Shown in pieces: positions 35,174-45,814 of a DNA stretch of 64,000 nt. A program made the translations under genes and the position numbers. The stretch comes from a virus. Location: IMG/VR virus record IMGVR_UViG_3300008255_000101, positions 1 through 64,000 of that record. One strand, given 5' to 3'. Below the pieces are notes generated by a model that was given only the letters and a program-made list of their open reading frames with translations, was not told where the DNA came from and ran no database searches. How positions within the stretch are numbered: position 1 is the stretch's first letter; every line of letters begins with the position of its first letter.

Positions 35174-38100
35174 TCACACCCCCTCTATCATTTTTTTAAG
35201 GGGAAGTATTTGATTAGCGGGTCCCCATATTCTCTGCAGATTGTTCTTCAACCAGAGCTGCCTATTACCCGCCAAAGCCTCTCCGTCACCACTGAAAGAG
35301 TTCTCCAGCTGTACGCCCCTAGCATGGTAGAATGAAGCGTAGTCCACTATGTCAGTAGACCTGTTGTTGAGTGAGGCTACCCTCATGTCCAGCACATAAT
35401 CGGAGATACTGTAGAAAGAGAGATCTCCTCGGGATCCGAAGTACATAGTGTAAGGAGTTACTAGGGATACCGGAGTGCTTACAGGTGTCATCAACCCGTA
35501 AGTAGCCGAGGCATCCACGTGGACCAGGGTCATGCTGAAGTAAGCCAAAGCATTTACCGCCATAGCCAGGGACGACAGTGACGGGTAGTTACCGTAGGGT
35601 ATTGTGTGGGTAGTCCCGTTGCCTTCGTCCAGGTATAGATTGTACTCATCTGAGCGGATAGAAGCTGCGGGCAATGTAGACGATACGGTAACGGACTGGC
35701 TCATTCTGAATATGTAGCTCTGACCGTCTGAGTACCCATAGGTGGACGGGGCACTATCCCACGACCCTATGGGGTTGCTTACGAAAAGGCCCTTATACGA
35801 GCTATTGTTGGTGTAAAAGGGGAACACGTTAGTCAAAGCGTAGTTTACGCCAATAGGGACAGATGGGGAGTTAGATTTATTTCCAAACAAAACCCTACCG
35901 TCATAGGAAGAACCCAAAGGGGATGTGAACTCTATGAAGGACTGGCCCGACGCCGCGAGGTTACTGGAAAGTATGGTGTTGACGCTGGACCGAGTGCTCA
36001 TGACTGCGGTAACGTCGTTTACCAACTTATTGACACTGGAACTCACCACCACATTTTTGAACAGGTTGTCGTCAGCAAGTATCGACTGGGTTTCCCCGAA
36101 AAAAGTCTGGTACTCTGTAGAGGCAGCCTCGGCTTGTTCGTAAGCAGGACTCATGCCTGTCTCCCCCATAATCACAAGGGCGGCTTCGTAGGCCATGGTT
36201 ATGCCTGTAAGGTGGTCAGTGGTGCTGCTAATAGTGTCAGTTACCAGCGGTGCAAGGGCGTCCATGGGGCCTGTGTACCCTCTTTCCAACTTGTTGGGTA
36301 TGGATAGCACTTCTTCCCCTAGGAAGGCTAGTTCCACGTTACGACTATCTTCTTCCATCGTTACCATAGTGCTGCAGTTGACCTGATCGTACTGGCTCTT
36401 GTAAGTCTTCGTTTTGGATATGCCCAAGTCTATTCCACCCGTGGTGGGGAACTTTACCCACACATTATTCTTTCGACTCCTAATAATGATGGCCGACCTG
36501 CGGGAATCCAAACCATCCATGTCGGGTATGGGGAGAGGCCAAGATATGTCTAGGGACTTGCTCACCTCCGCTGACATTCCTGGCCAGTTGTACACATCCT
36601 CCACACGCACGATAAAATCTCCATACATCTGATCGTAAAGCAACGAGGCCATCTCGGACAATGAGTAGAAACCTATTCCAGGAAATCCGGTGTCTACAGT
36701 ATAGGTTTTGTCGACCCACGTTTTCCCACTGTCTTCGGACATTTTCATCTTAAAGGTTTTATCGCCATCAGTCAGAATAAATGTATCTCTTTGTAGGGGT
36801 GCTACAACCACACAGCCGGCGCAACCCCTGTCATCCACATAAGACCAGGTACGTCCATCTCTAACAACGCTATAGCTGGTACCCTTGAAGGCACCGGGCT
36901 CCTGTATACTGGATGGTAGGGCTGAAGGAGCATCAGGTACCTCTTCTTCTAAAGTCACCAACACCGCCGAGTCTATGGACTCCACGGTAAAGTCCTCGGA
37001 CCAACCCTGTAGCTTAATGGTGTCACCCACCTTAATATCCCTAAAACCAGAATTGAATTCTGAATGGGGACCGTAGAGCTTGCCATTACCACCGGTGTTG
37101 TAGACGTAGACCTGATCGTACGCAGCATAAGAGGAAGAGTACCTACCGTCTTCCAGAGGAGTGTTCTTCCTATAATTTTTAGGATAGAACACGGACTCTC
37201 CCAAGGAAGCCTGCTGCTCTACGTCGGATAGGTTTGACATACGGTTCAATTCCGAGTCAGTAGTAGAGAAGTCGTTGTTGCCAAACCTTAATCCCTGCAG
37301 GGCTTCGGATTCCCCCGAGAAGTTACCCATGCGGTATTTATAATACTCAGAAATTTTCCAAAGAAGATTGTAGGATAGCCAATAATCCCTGAGCCTCATG
37401 AAGTTGTTGTACACCCCGCCACCCGAAGAAGGCGCTGCGGATATACCCTGGGACCCTTGGGACCGGGCTCCCTTTTGGGCTTTTACTTGTTCCTCTATGT
37501 AAGGATAGACGTAGTCCCCTAGGAAACTCAACTCGGTCATGCTCTGAATCATGTGCTGGTCCGGAGATAGGTAATCCATTACCAATCTAACGGAAGTGTC
37601 CTTGGGTATGCCCACGAACTTACTACCCGTGATAGTCACCTTGTCCCCATCGGTCATCCCCAAGCTATCCGAATGGGTGTAAGTCACCTTGAACCTGTCC
37701 CCCTTGGCTATGGGGTAACTTAAGGCAATAACACCCCCAACCACCGAGTAGTCCCCTTGACCAGGGGCAACTCCCCTAGTCAATACAGAGTAACTTCCAG
37801 AACCCGACTTCTTGCTGAGCGTGGTATACGCCTTGATGTCCATCGGGACCTGGTGGGGGTTGACAGACATCACCGTATTAGCCAGGCTGCTTGCTCCTAT
37901 CAGAGAGGTATCCCTGATCTCGGTATAGGTTACCTCAGAACTCGTGGCGGTTTTAATGGCCTCCAGTACGTCGTTCAGGGTTTCTAAACCGGTAGTGTCC
38001 ACCTCAATCAACTCGTCCTCGAGTGATTCCTGCCTACGTGTTATTTTAACCATGCCCGTGACGATTTCGATATTGAAACGAATCTCCGTATTTTGGTCGG

Positions 38101-40525
38101 AGCTATCCTGCAGTGTAGCTACGGGTGCCTCGAAACCTACCACGGGGTACTCGGTCAGTAATCCCGTATCCCCTTCCACATACGAGGGCTTGGCTGTAGC
38201 TAACACTGCACCCACCACATCTGAGGACTTTACCCTCGTGTTCGGTGTAACGCTAACGGTCTTGGTAGTCCCGTCTACACCCACTCCAGTCACTGATAGG
38301 ACTTGGGAGGATCCCAGGGCTATGAGACAGCCTAGCTTAATGTTGAGGTCACTAGCATTTTTGAACACCAGTGTGTCAGATCCTGCCCCGAAAGTACCCA
38401 GGGTGGTGGCTGACGGCAGCGATGTGAAACTAACCACAGCGTCCGTGTAATACATCAGGGGGAAAACAACTTCGGCACTCAGTGGGTTCTTTAGGTGTAC
38501 CCTAGAATTGACACCATCCAAGTCCTCTACACTATCCACCCAGGAGTACTCCTTGAAAGACGGATCTGCCGCAGAACGGAAGTTAAGAACGCTATCGGTG
38601 GCAATCTCCAAATCTGTGGATGGTATCCCTTCTAAGTCCACAAACGTGGAACCCCTAGGGAGTCGCTTCCGTATCCTTATCAGTGGGGCGTAGGCCAGCA
38701 CATCGGATGTAAGCGCTAGATCAGCATAGGCGTAGGATGCCTCTGCCATTTTACTACTGACTCCCCCAACGCTGTAGACTCCATTACCCAAGGACTTAAT
38801 GTTGGCTACACCTATGTCTGTACCATCGTGGGCTACTAACTTCTCAAAAACCAGGGAAGTGCCACTCATGAGCACCTTAACGGTTTTATTTGAATCCACC
38901 TGGACCGCTGCACGCACATATCTAAAAAGGGTGTTGTTATCGTCCGTGGGGGCCACGTAGCACACCATGGTTGTGGCGGGAGAGTACTGCACGGTGATAC
39001 TATCGGTATTCGCCGCGACTTCCTCACTGAGGGTTATGATCCCGTTCGAATAGTAAAGAGTAAAATCTTCTCCTTCCACCAAAGTTCTTATGCGTGTACC
39101 CTTGTAGGAAGAAACTTTAACAGTGTTGGGGACGATGGGGAAGTAGTTCAGCCTCAGATCGCTAGCTTTTTCCAACAGGTACTCTTCCTTCTGGGTAGCT
39201 CCGCCAACCATGTACTCTATACGGGCGCAACTATCCGGAGGTATCTGCCTAAGAAACAGGAATCCGCCATTGTTATCGTTGACAGCGTACCCTACTCCCT
39301 CTTGCAAGGAAGGGGCCCCGTCAAAAGAGGACTCGGTGGCTTCGGACAAGGGCACTTCGGCTACCTTTACGGACACCCCGTTGGGGAAAGCGTCCAAGAA
39401 TCCAAAGACCTGATCCACGGGGTATTCGTTGGAGGCGTGACCTATGGTTACCGTAGCACCTGTGGAGACGTTCGTAAGGAAGTCCGTTTTATGATCGATG
39501 GCGGTCTCCACACCGTCCACTTTCTTCACACCTTCCAAGGAATCCTCGTAGATGTTAGTTACAAAGGAATCCCCTTCCTTAAGAATAACAACTCCGTCAT
39601 AATCGGAGGCAATGTCCTGGGAGCATTCAAATTCATTTAGAAGGTGTATGTTAGCATTAGTCGCCTCGCCCGATAGTGGTCGGTAACCGTCATACATAGG
39701 ACTGGAGGTGTACGACAAAAGATAGTCCTGAGTGTACACCAAAAGCTTCTGAGTTACGTCCGTGGGTAACTTCATAAACACTTGAAACTTGCTCATGTCC
39801 TGGGGCGCCGTCAGGTTTGAGGGATTAGGCACAGGAGAGAAGGGGACAGTGTTGGAGTCGGTGGAAATTAGAGGCAAGTACTTATCGAGCACACCTGCTA
39901 CGGACATGTCCGGCACATCCACGACATCGTTAGCCAGCGTGTGTACGCTGATACCATCTTTCATGGGGGTGATGGAGCCATCCGAATTAGTGTCAAAGGG
40001 TCCGTCGGGATTTGACCCTGGTAAGGATTCCCAAGTATCCTTGCTCTTGTCGTAGTAGAACTCTGCACCCGTGGTCCCCACCTCATTCTCCAAGGTACTG
40101 TACTGAACCCTGCCAAAATTTATTTTCTGGACTTCACATATACCCGTGGTGTTGGGTAACTCGAAGGGTTTGTCAATCTTGATGGAGGAGGCGTTAACCT
40201 CAGTCACAGCGTACAGGATTCCGCCCGTACTTTGTGGACGCACAAAGTCCCCCACGGATACTGTGGAGAATGAAGAGGTAGTGTTTACCGTCTTACTACC
40301 CTCTACGAAGGTACAAGAGGAAACAGTTATGAAGTTAGCCGTCTTACCCGCCTGTAACCTGTACTCCTTGGGGGTAGCGTCGTCATAAGGATCATCCGTG
40401 TGGATGTAAAATAACCCCGCGTCAGGATTGTTCTTATTACCGGGCTTAGCGTTTCTAACCACCCTCTTGTCAAGGTTGCCCAAGTAACTGATATTCTGTA
40501 GGTCTTCTGCCACTGTGATCCTCAT
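35174..40525 (-). CDS. Very large baseplate/tail structural protein (1783 aa)
   Basis: Beta-rich and S/T-rich, with repeated EG.DF...GII.L modules; follows the spike genes. Confidence 0.65.
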   Translation of the reverse strand: MRITVAEDLQNISYLGNLDKRVVRNAKPGNKNNPDAGLFYIHTDDPYDDATPKEYRLQAGKTANFITVSSCTFVEGSKTVNTTSSFSTVSVGDFVRPQSTGGILYAVTEVNASSIKIDKPFELPNTTGICEVQKINFGRVQYSTLENEVGTTGAEFYYDKSKDTWESLPGSNPDGPFDTNSDGSITPMKDGISVHTLANDVVDVPDMSVAGVLDKYLPLISTDSNTVPFSPVPNPSNLTAPQDMSKFQVFMKLPTDVTQKLLVYTQDYLLSYTSSPMYDGYRPLSGEATNANIHLLNEFECSQDIASDYDGVVILKEGDSFVTNIYEDSLEGVKKVDGVETAIDHKTDFLTNVSTGATVTIGHASNEYPVDQVFGFLDAFPNGVSVKVAEVPLSEATESSFDGAPSLQEGVGYAVNDNNGGFLFLRQIPPDSCARIEYMVGGATQKEEYLLEKASDLRLNYFPIVPNTVKVSSYKGTRIRTLVEGEDFTLYYSNGIITLSEEVAANTDSITVQYSPATTMVCYVAPTDDNNTLFRYVRAAVQVDSNKTVKVLMSGTSLVFEKLVAHDGTDIGVANIKSLGNGVYSVGGVSSKMAEASYAYADLALTSDVLAYAPLIRIRKRLPRGSTFVDLEGIPSTDLEIATDSVLNFRSAADPSFKEYSWVDSVEDLDGVNSRVHLKNPLSAEVVFPLMYYTDAVVSFTSLPSATTLGTFGAGSDTLVFKNASDLNIKLGCLIALGSSQVLSVTGVGVDGTTKTVSVTPNTRVKSSDVVGAVLATAKPSYVEGDTGLLTEYPVVGFEAPVATLQDSSDQNTEIRFNIEIVTGMVKITRRQESLEDELIEVDTTGLETLNDVLEAIKTATSSEVTYTEIRDTSLIGASSLANTVMSVNPHQVPMDIKAYTTLSKKSGSGSYSVLTRGVAPGQGDYSVVGGVIALSYPIAKGDRFKVTYTHSDSLGMTDGDKVTITGSKFVGIPKDTSVRLVMDYLSPDQHMIQSMTELSFLGDYVYPYIEEQVKAQKGARSQGSQGISAAPSSGGGVYNNFMRLRDYWLSYNLLWKISEYYKYRMGNFSGESEALQGLRFGNNDFSTTDSELNRMSNLSDVEQQASLGESVFYPKNYRKNTPLEDGRYSSSYAAYDQVYVYNTGGNGKLYGPHSEFNSGFRDIKVGDTIKLQGWSEDFTVESIDSAVLVTLEEEVPDAPSALPSSIQEPGAFKGTSYSVVRDGRTWSYVDDRGCAGCVVVAPLQRDTFILTDGDKTFKMKMSEDSGKTWVDKTYTVDTGFPGIGFYSLSEMASLLYDQMYGDFIVRVEDVYNWPGMSAEVSKSLDISWPLPIPDMDGLDSRRSAIIIRSRKNNVWVKFPTTGGIDLGISKTKTYKSQYDQVNCSTMVTMEEDSRNVELAFLGEEVLSIPNKLERGYTGPMDALAPLVTDTISSTTDHLTGITMAYEAALVIMGETGMSPAYEQAEAASTEYQTFFGETQSILADDNLFKNVVVSSSVNKLVNDVTAVMSTRSSVNTILSSNLAASGQSFIEFTSPLGSSYDGRVLFGNKSNSPSVPIGVNYALTNVFPFYTNNSSYKGLFVSNPIGSWDSAPSTYGYSDGQSYIFRMSQSVTVSSTLPAASIRSDEYNLYLDEGNGTTHTIPYGNYPSLSSLAMAVNALAYFSMTLVHVDASATYGLMTPVSTPVSLVTPYTMYFGSRGDLSFYSISDYVLDMRVASLNNRSTDIVDYASFYHARGVQLENSFSGDGEALAGNRQLWLKNNLQRIWGPANQILPLKKMIEGV

Positions 40526-40528
40526 CTA

Positions 40529-41125
40529 TTATATGAACTGGGCTGGGAAGACGGTAGCTGCAGGTGCAGGTCCCGCTGGCCCTACGATCGGTACCCCAGG
40601 TACCGTTCCGGCCGCATTCAGGCTCAAGCATACCCCATCACCAATTGCTGCAGCCAGGGGTATGGCATTGATTCCGAACATTCCCAACGACGCCATGTTC
40701 GTATAGAGGGTTGTGCTAAATAGAACATTATTAAAACCCACGATCTTACCCATACCCACCCCGGCGCCCACTCCGGGGCACGGACCTGTCAGCACTAGCG
40801 TGGATACCCCGGAAACCACACCGGTGCTTATGGCCATGGCTTGGTTATAGGCTTGAGTACCCAGCATGCCCGTAGCGGACATTCGAACGTACATGAGATC
40901 AGCCATGGTTTTCGGGGTTATACCCGTAACCGGAGGTCCGGGGGCGATGGCCCCTGCTCCGGCGGCTCCTGTTGCGGTCACCACGACAGTTCCAGGTAGG
41001 AGGAAAACCGCCTGGCAGGTGACTGCCACAGCTTGTGCTATTTTGGCAAAATCAGGCCCCACCAGTCCTAAGCCTGATCCGGCGGACATGATGCTGCTGG
41101 TTACTGCCGGGATTACCCAGGGCAT
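40529..41125 (-). CDS. Gly/Ala-rich protein with three internal repeats; spike-tip candidate
   Basis: Translationally coupled to the spike gene; three G(L/M)xG......A.A(V/I) repeats. Confidence 0.5.
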   Translation of the reverse strand: MPWVIPAVTSSIMSAGSGLGLVGPDFAKIAQAVAVTCQAVFLLPGTVVVTATGAAGAGAIAPGPPVTGITPKTMADLMYVRMSATGMLGTQAYNQAMAISTGVVSGVSTLVLTGPCPGVGAGVGMGKIVGFNNVLFSTTLYTNMASLGMFGINAIPLAAAIGDGVCLSLNAAGTVPGVPIVGPAGPAPAATVFPAQFI

Positions 41126-43164
41126 TACAGACCTGCCGTAACCGTGAGGGACGGTATCAAGGGAGCCCCCGTGGTGTAATCCTTATGGCTAAGCATAGTG
41201 ATGACACCAGATCTGGTGGCGGGGTTACCCAGCGATACAAAGGCTGAATCCACAGAGGTGCTCGTACTCGTAATGTTGACGCTAGTCCCCGATATGGAGA
41301 AGGACCCACTCGTTGACAGAGACATAGACCCGGCACCTACGGATACGCTGTAGTTACCAGCTCCTACCGTTGTGGAGTGGTTACCTGTCGCTATGACATC
41401 CTTTACGTCACCTACTCCTACTTGCCTTTCAATGTTACCGGTCCCCACAGTGGTCTTGTAGTTACCAACCACGATATCGGTGGTCCGGTCCCCCAATAGA
41501 ATCTGTTTTTCGTCGCTACCCTTTACAAGTTTCTCAGTACGCTGGGCAGAGGTGATCTTGATTTCCGTGGTAGCGTTTACCGAGAAAGCCCCCATAGTGC
41601 TAATGGTCCTATCGCCCGTTGACGACTCACTCATGGACCCACCTATCGACGTGGACTTCAAGCCGGATATTTTCTTGAACTCATCTCCACCTATGGAATG
41701 CTCAGAGTTCCCCATCACTTCATCACGGGAATGCCCCGCCACACGCTCTACTCTTCGGTAGGTTGCCAGGTCCAGCTTATTCAGGACTTTACCCTTATCG
41801 TTTCCCCTCAGGTACCTGATAATCTTGGGATTGAAGCTGGCATCAAACCCGTGCTCCGTATAGGTGCTCCCTATGTAGCGAACTTCCATGCTTCGGGGTA
41901 TCTTGTTCTTCTCAGGATTCTCGGCCGTCTGGCCAATGACCCAACGTATGCCGCCTTTGGTGAAAAGGTCCCAGGACACGTTGTCCTCTCGTATGGCTCC
42001 CCATTCCTCGCGTTTTCCTCCACGGGCTACAGTCACCTGGGATACACCAGTGTTGGTACCGCGAGCTTCACTCATGTACTCGTACTTGACACCCTGTTTG
42101 TCGAAACCATAAAAACCCTTACCGGGTATATGGAAAGACCAGGCGACTCCCCTTTTACCTATATCATCATTGTCGCCCGATGGGGACAATGCTTCAAACC
42201 CTAGGCGCCCGTCACCTTTACCCTCGGATATGAAGGCAGGTGCTAAGAATTTACCATAGTTTTCAATGTCGTTTGGATCATTACCCACGTAATTAGCGAT
42301 CGACATGATGACGCGAGGGCTACGGGGAGTTACGTTCTCTCCGTCGTTTACATCGTTGACCGGCTTATTGAGGCGATTGGAGTCCTCCACTTCTAGGCGG
42401 TACTCGTTGTACACCTGACCGCCGTGACCAAAATCCCCACCAATGTATACGGATTTGGTTCCATCGGAATTAATAACTTCCTTAGCTTCTATGCCCCCAG
42501 GGGCATCCCCAGCTACTGTAGCTGCTAGCGAGTTCCTCTGGATGGGCCCAGCTGATCTCCACACACCATTGGTGAACATGTAGTTCTGCTGGGTAGTGGT
42601 TATAAAACTTCCGTCCCCGGCTCTTAACCGGACGGAGTTACCTGCCCGGTTTTCGATCTCTACGCTATCATCGAGGAATATTTCAGCTCCTTGGGCAGAA
42701 GCTAACCTACCTTCACCGGATCTCATCTTGCGGATACGTGACGGCATTACCCTGGTATGCTCGTTAGCTTCGTCAGAAACACTTTCGGGGAACCTTTCCA
42801 CTAGGTTGTAAGATAAAGCAGTCTCTGCGTCCGGGATGAAATAGGATATGGGAATCAGAATCCCCTTAGAACCGTTCAAGAGCACTACGAGGCAGCCTAC
42901 CTCTGGCATCACACCCATGTAACCCATGGGGCCCTGATAGGCAGGCATCCAGTATATGTCTGTCAATACCTGGGCGCTGTCCAGGGTGATGACATCCATG
43001 GTGTACCTTTCACCGTTAACCTGGGTCACTTTAGCAAGGAAAGTAATTTCCTTGTGATTTTTCTTAGTGACCTCTGCGGGTTTATCACCCTTGGCTACGT
43101 ACAAACCCCTATGGCTTTTATCCATGTAGTTTGCATTTGTGGAATTTAGTGAAGCCCTGTTCAT
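41125..43164 (-). CDS. Central spike protein (T4 gp5 / P2 gpV / VgrG-like)
   Basis: N-terminal OB-fold-like AKVTQVN...GVMPEVGCLVVL and C-terminal Gly-periodic beta-helix repeats. Confidence 0.8.
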   Translation of the reverse strand: MNRASLNSTNANYMDKSHRGLYVAKGDKPAEVTKKNHKEITFLAKVTQVNGERYTMDVITLDSAQVLTDIYWMPAYQGPMGYMGVMPEVGCLVVLLNGSKGILIPISYFIPDAETALSYNLVERFPESVSDEANEHTRVMPSRIRKMRSGEGRLASAQGAEIFLDDSVEIENRAGNSVRLRAGDGSFITTTQQNYMFTNGVWRSAGPIQRNSLAATVAGDAPGGIEAKEVINSDGTKSVYIGGDFGHGGQVYNEYRLEVEDSNRLNKPVNDVNDGENVTPRSPRVIMSIANYVGNDPNDIENYGKFLAPAFISEGKGDGRLGFEALSPSGDNDDIGKRGVAWSFHIPGKGFYGFDKQGVKYEYMSEARGTNTGVSQVTVARGGKREEWGAIREDNVSWDLFTKGGIRWVIGQTAENPEKNKIPRSMEVRYIGSTYTEHGFDASFNPKIIRYLRGNDKGKVLNKLDLATYRRVERVAGHSRDEVMGNSEHSIGGDEFKKISGLKSTSIGGSMSESSTGDRTISTMGAFSVNATTEIKITSAQRTEKLVKGSDEKQILLGDRTTDIVVGNYKTTVGTGNIERQVGVGDVKDVIATGNHSTTVGAGNYSVSVGAGSMSLSTSGSFSISGTSVNITSTSTSVDSAFVSLGNPATRSGVITMLSHKDYTTGAPLIPSLTVTAGL

Positions 43165-45806
43165 TGGTTAACGCTCTGGTTTAGGTTGGCTATGGCATCG
43201 GGGTCCATGCCCTGATTATTAAGGTTCTGGTTGAATGCAGCCTTGGGGTTATTGGTGGAAGCCACGTTGGCCACCATGTCCCTCTCACTCTTACCTTTAG
43301 ACTGGACCGACGATCCCACGTCGGAGGAAACAACCCGCGGGTTATGAATACTATGGGCATCATCCGTGGTGGATAACCCTTCTTGAGGGTCTGCAGAAAT
43401 ATTTTTGACATCCCCAGACTTACCTTCTTGGTCCAGTTGCTCAGCCTTAAACGCCATCGAGTTACCGTAAAAGTCCTGGGTACTCTGTAGGTTGCCGTCA
43501 GACCTGAGAACCATGTTGGCGCCGTAGGGAAATCCCCCAATGTGGTAGAACCCATTCACATCAGTGTAGGGCAGAGTTTCCCCTGTGTAGTGTACGAGTT
43601 CCGTTAATTCCCCATTGGCAACATCCACAGAAAAGTCTCTTGTCTTAGTAGGGTCCCCGTTGGACTGGGACTTGGCCGTATCTGAGGTCACTACCCTAAA
43701 AGCTTTAAACGCATCTGACTCCACTATCCTGTAAAAACCAGGAGTAGGGGACGATATGAAACCGCCCTGCTGGTAGTACTGTTCGGACGGTGTCATGGCC
43801 TGCTCGAAGTAACTATTATCCGTAGTGTTTTGGGTACTGTCCTCAGCTTCCTTCTGTAGCTGCTGACTGGATAGTAAGCTCTGAGAATTCTGGTAACGTA
43901 GGGCATCATCGTTACTGAGGTTCTTTTTGAAAGTATCCAGCTGAACAGCTCTCTCCCCTTTATCCCCCAACTTCTTGCTTTCAGCCGTCGCGAAGGACTT
44001 CTGTATGTAACCTCTAAGGGGCTCTCCCTGGGCGTTGTACAACCTGACCCTCTTAGCTTCCAGCACTAGGGTGGTAGTGGCCGTGTTACCCATAGAAATG
44101 GAGTGGGACACGGATCTTAGGTAGTAGAAGGTATCCAAGTGATCAATATACACGGGGTAGCCTATCCTGATTTCGGGACGAAACGGTATGGTTACATTAG
44201 CGGTGTAGGCTTTAGAATTGGCCTTGGCCATCTCCCCCGCAGCCATAGCTTGCAACTCTTCGGCGTTGTTACCGTAGGCTACCTTTACGGTCCTCTCCCT
44301 TATGCCGTACTTAGCCATAAGGCCAAAATCCGCATGAGCGGCCTGGAAGTCCGTACTGGTGGCCTGCATGATGATAGGACCGCTGGCCTCCACAAAGGTT
44401 ACTATCTGCGAGGAGTCCTCAGCAAAATCAGCGTTAATTATGTCTCCCGCCTTAATCACATAGATGGGGTTGTTCGATGTGTCCATGTTAAAGAACGGCG
44501 GTTTGAAAACAAACATACCGTTCACATCCTGATAGAATTCGAAATGAATGCTATCCGCCACATAGGAAGCCACCTCCAGCTTTGTCATTTTGGTGGGCTC
44601 CGTTCCCATGCTGTAAGAGCTGAAGGCACCAAAGGGGAGGACCCTACCAAAGGCGGCAAAGTCCACATCTATGCGATGGGACGGTGTCTGAAACTTCTTC
44701 ACCTGGTAAACACGGTTTCCCCCGTTACCCCCACTATTCTTGGGAGTGCTACTGCCATCAGTGCTACCGTCAGCATTAGGTGTTTGGTTACCACCGGGCT
44801 CGGTATCTGGTAGGAGAGGGCTCTTCCTTTTTTTCAAGCTCTCGTCTGAATCTACTTTAAACGGAGTTGAAGCCAGATCTTCTAAACGGAATACCTTGGA
44901 GATACCGAACATCTCTAAATTAGAAAAAGCAGAATCCTTCTTATTTTTAGAGGAGTAAGGTGTACCCATACCGTAACGACCCTTCCAAGAAGCCAAAACC
45001 TGCTTACCCAGAATTTCCCAAATACCGTCTGAACCCGGTTCCGACTTTGCAGCTCTGGGCATAGCAGCTTCAGGGGGGATTACGCCGTTTTTAAGCAGTG
45101 CAGGGAAAACAAAGTTGTCAAACGTGGTCTCCTGGAATAAATTCAGCATGATTTCCCACGGGTTCATGAATCTGAATAAGGAACCTGTGGAGGGGACGGA
45201 CCCGCCACCGTACCGAGCGTTTACGGGGGATGCCACTACGTTTACATTTTGGTATTCCCACCACCCCAACATATCCCTGCAGGTTATGTTGAAAGTGGTT
45301 TCGCTGCTGTTGTACGACTCATTAACTGTTGTAATGAAACCCCAGAACACGGGGTAGTACGCGGGAACAAGATCCTCTCCGTCCTTCCTCATGAAGCGTC
45401 CCTTTGCAAAGACTTGTACTTCCATCATACTGGAAAAGAAAGGAACCTTGGTGCCATTGGGTTGATCTATGTAGAAGCTCTGGTTGAGGCTATGGTACTG
45501 AGGGCAAACATAGGTTAAGGAACATGTACCCGATCCGGGGTTAGTTGCAAAACCAACGGACATGTTGGTTATCCCAGACTTGAAACTTATCTTCTGGAAT
45601 CCTGCATCATTATTACCCTGGGCGCCACCAGTGTATTGTTTGTTCCCGTCCACCACAGTGTATTCGGCGGACTTGGTTTCATTGGAGACCAACACCCGTG
45701 CGTCGTCGCGTCCCTGTATCTGCACAAAGAAGTCGGGGGCTAACTTGAGCACGCCCTTGTTCTTAAACTCATTTAGAGTGTAGATGCCGTCATTTCTATT
45801 TGCCAT
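43161..45806 (-). CDS. Baseplate hub (T4 gp27 / P2 gpD-like)
   Basis: VFWGFIT.V.ES, FEFYQDVNGMFVFKPP, KYGIR, IPFRPEIRIGYPVYI, YLRSVSHS; lies between the initiators and the spike. Confidence 0.8.
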   Translation of the reverse strand: MANRNDGIYTLNEFKNKGVLKLAPDFFVQIQGRDDARVLVSNETKSAEYTVVDGNKQYTGGAQGNNDAGFQKISFKSGITNMSVGFATNPGSGTCSLTYVCPQYHSLNQSFYIDQPNGTKVPFFSSMMEVQVFAKGRFMRKDGEDLVPAYYPVFWGFITTVNESYNSSETTFNITCRDMLGWWEYQNVNVVASPVNARYGGGSVPSTGSLFRFMNPWEIMLNLFQETTFDNFVFPALLKNGVIPPEAAMPRAAKSEPGSDGIWEILGKQVLASWKGRYGMGTPYSSKNKKDSAFSNLEMFGISKVFRLEDLASTPFKVDSDESLKKRKSPLLPDTEPGGNQTPNADGSTDGSSTPKNSGGNGGNRVYQVKKFQTPSHRIDVDFAAFGRVLPFGAFSSYSMGTEPTKMTKLEVASYVADSIHFEFYQDVNGMFVFKPPFFNMDTSNNPIYVIKAGDIINADFAEDSSQIVTFVEASGPIIMQATSTDFQAAHADFGLMAKYGIRERTVKVAYGNNAEELQAMAAGEMAKANSKAYTANVTIPFRPEIRIGYPVYIDHLDTFYYLRSVSHSISMGNTATTTLVLEAKRVRLYNAQGEPLRGYIQKSFATAESKKLGDKGERAVQLDTFKKNLSNDDALRYQNSQSLLSSQQLQKEAEDSTQNTTDNSYFEQAMTPSEQYYQQGGFISSPTPGFYRIVESDAFKAFRVVTSDTAKSQSNGDPTKTRDFSVDVANGELTELVHYTGETLPYTDVNGFYHIGGFPYGANMVLRSDGNLQSTQDFYGNSMAFKAEQLDQEGKSGDVKNISADPQEGLSTTDDAHSIHNPRVVSSDVGSSVQSKGKSERDMVANVASTNNPKAAFNQNLNNQGMDPDAIANLNQSVNQ

Positions 45807-45814
45807 AACTAAAC

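Noticed and set aside
14444-40525. Diversity-generating retroelement or invertible fibre cassette
   Set aside because: No reverse transcriptase, invertase or near-identical nucleotide repeat pair noticed; the paralogy is old and at protein level only.
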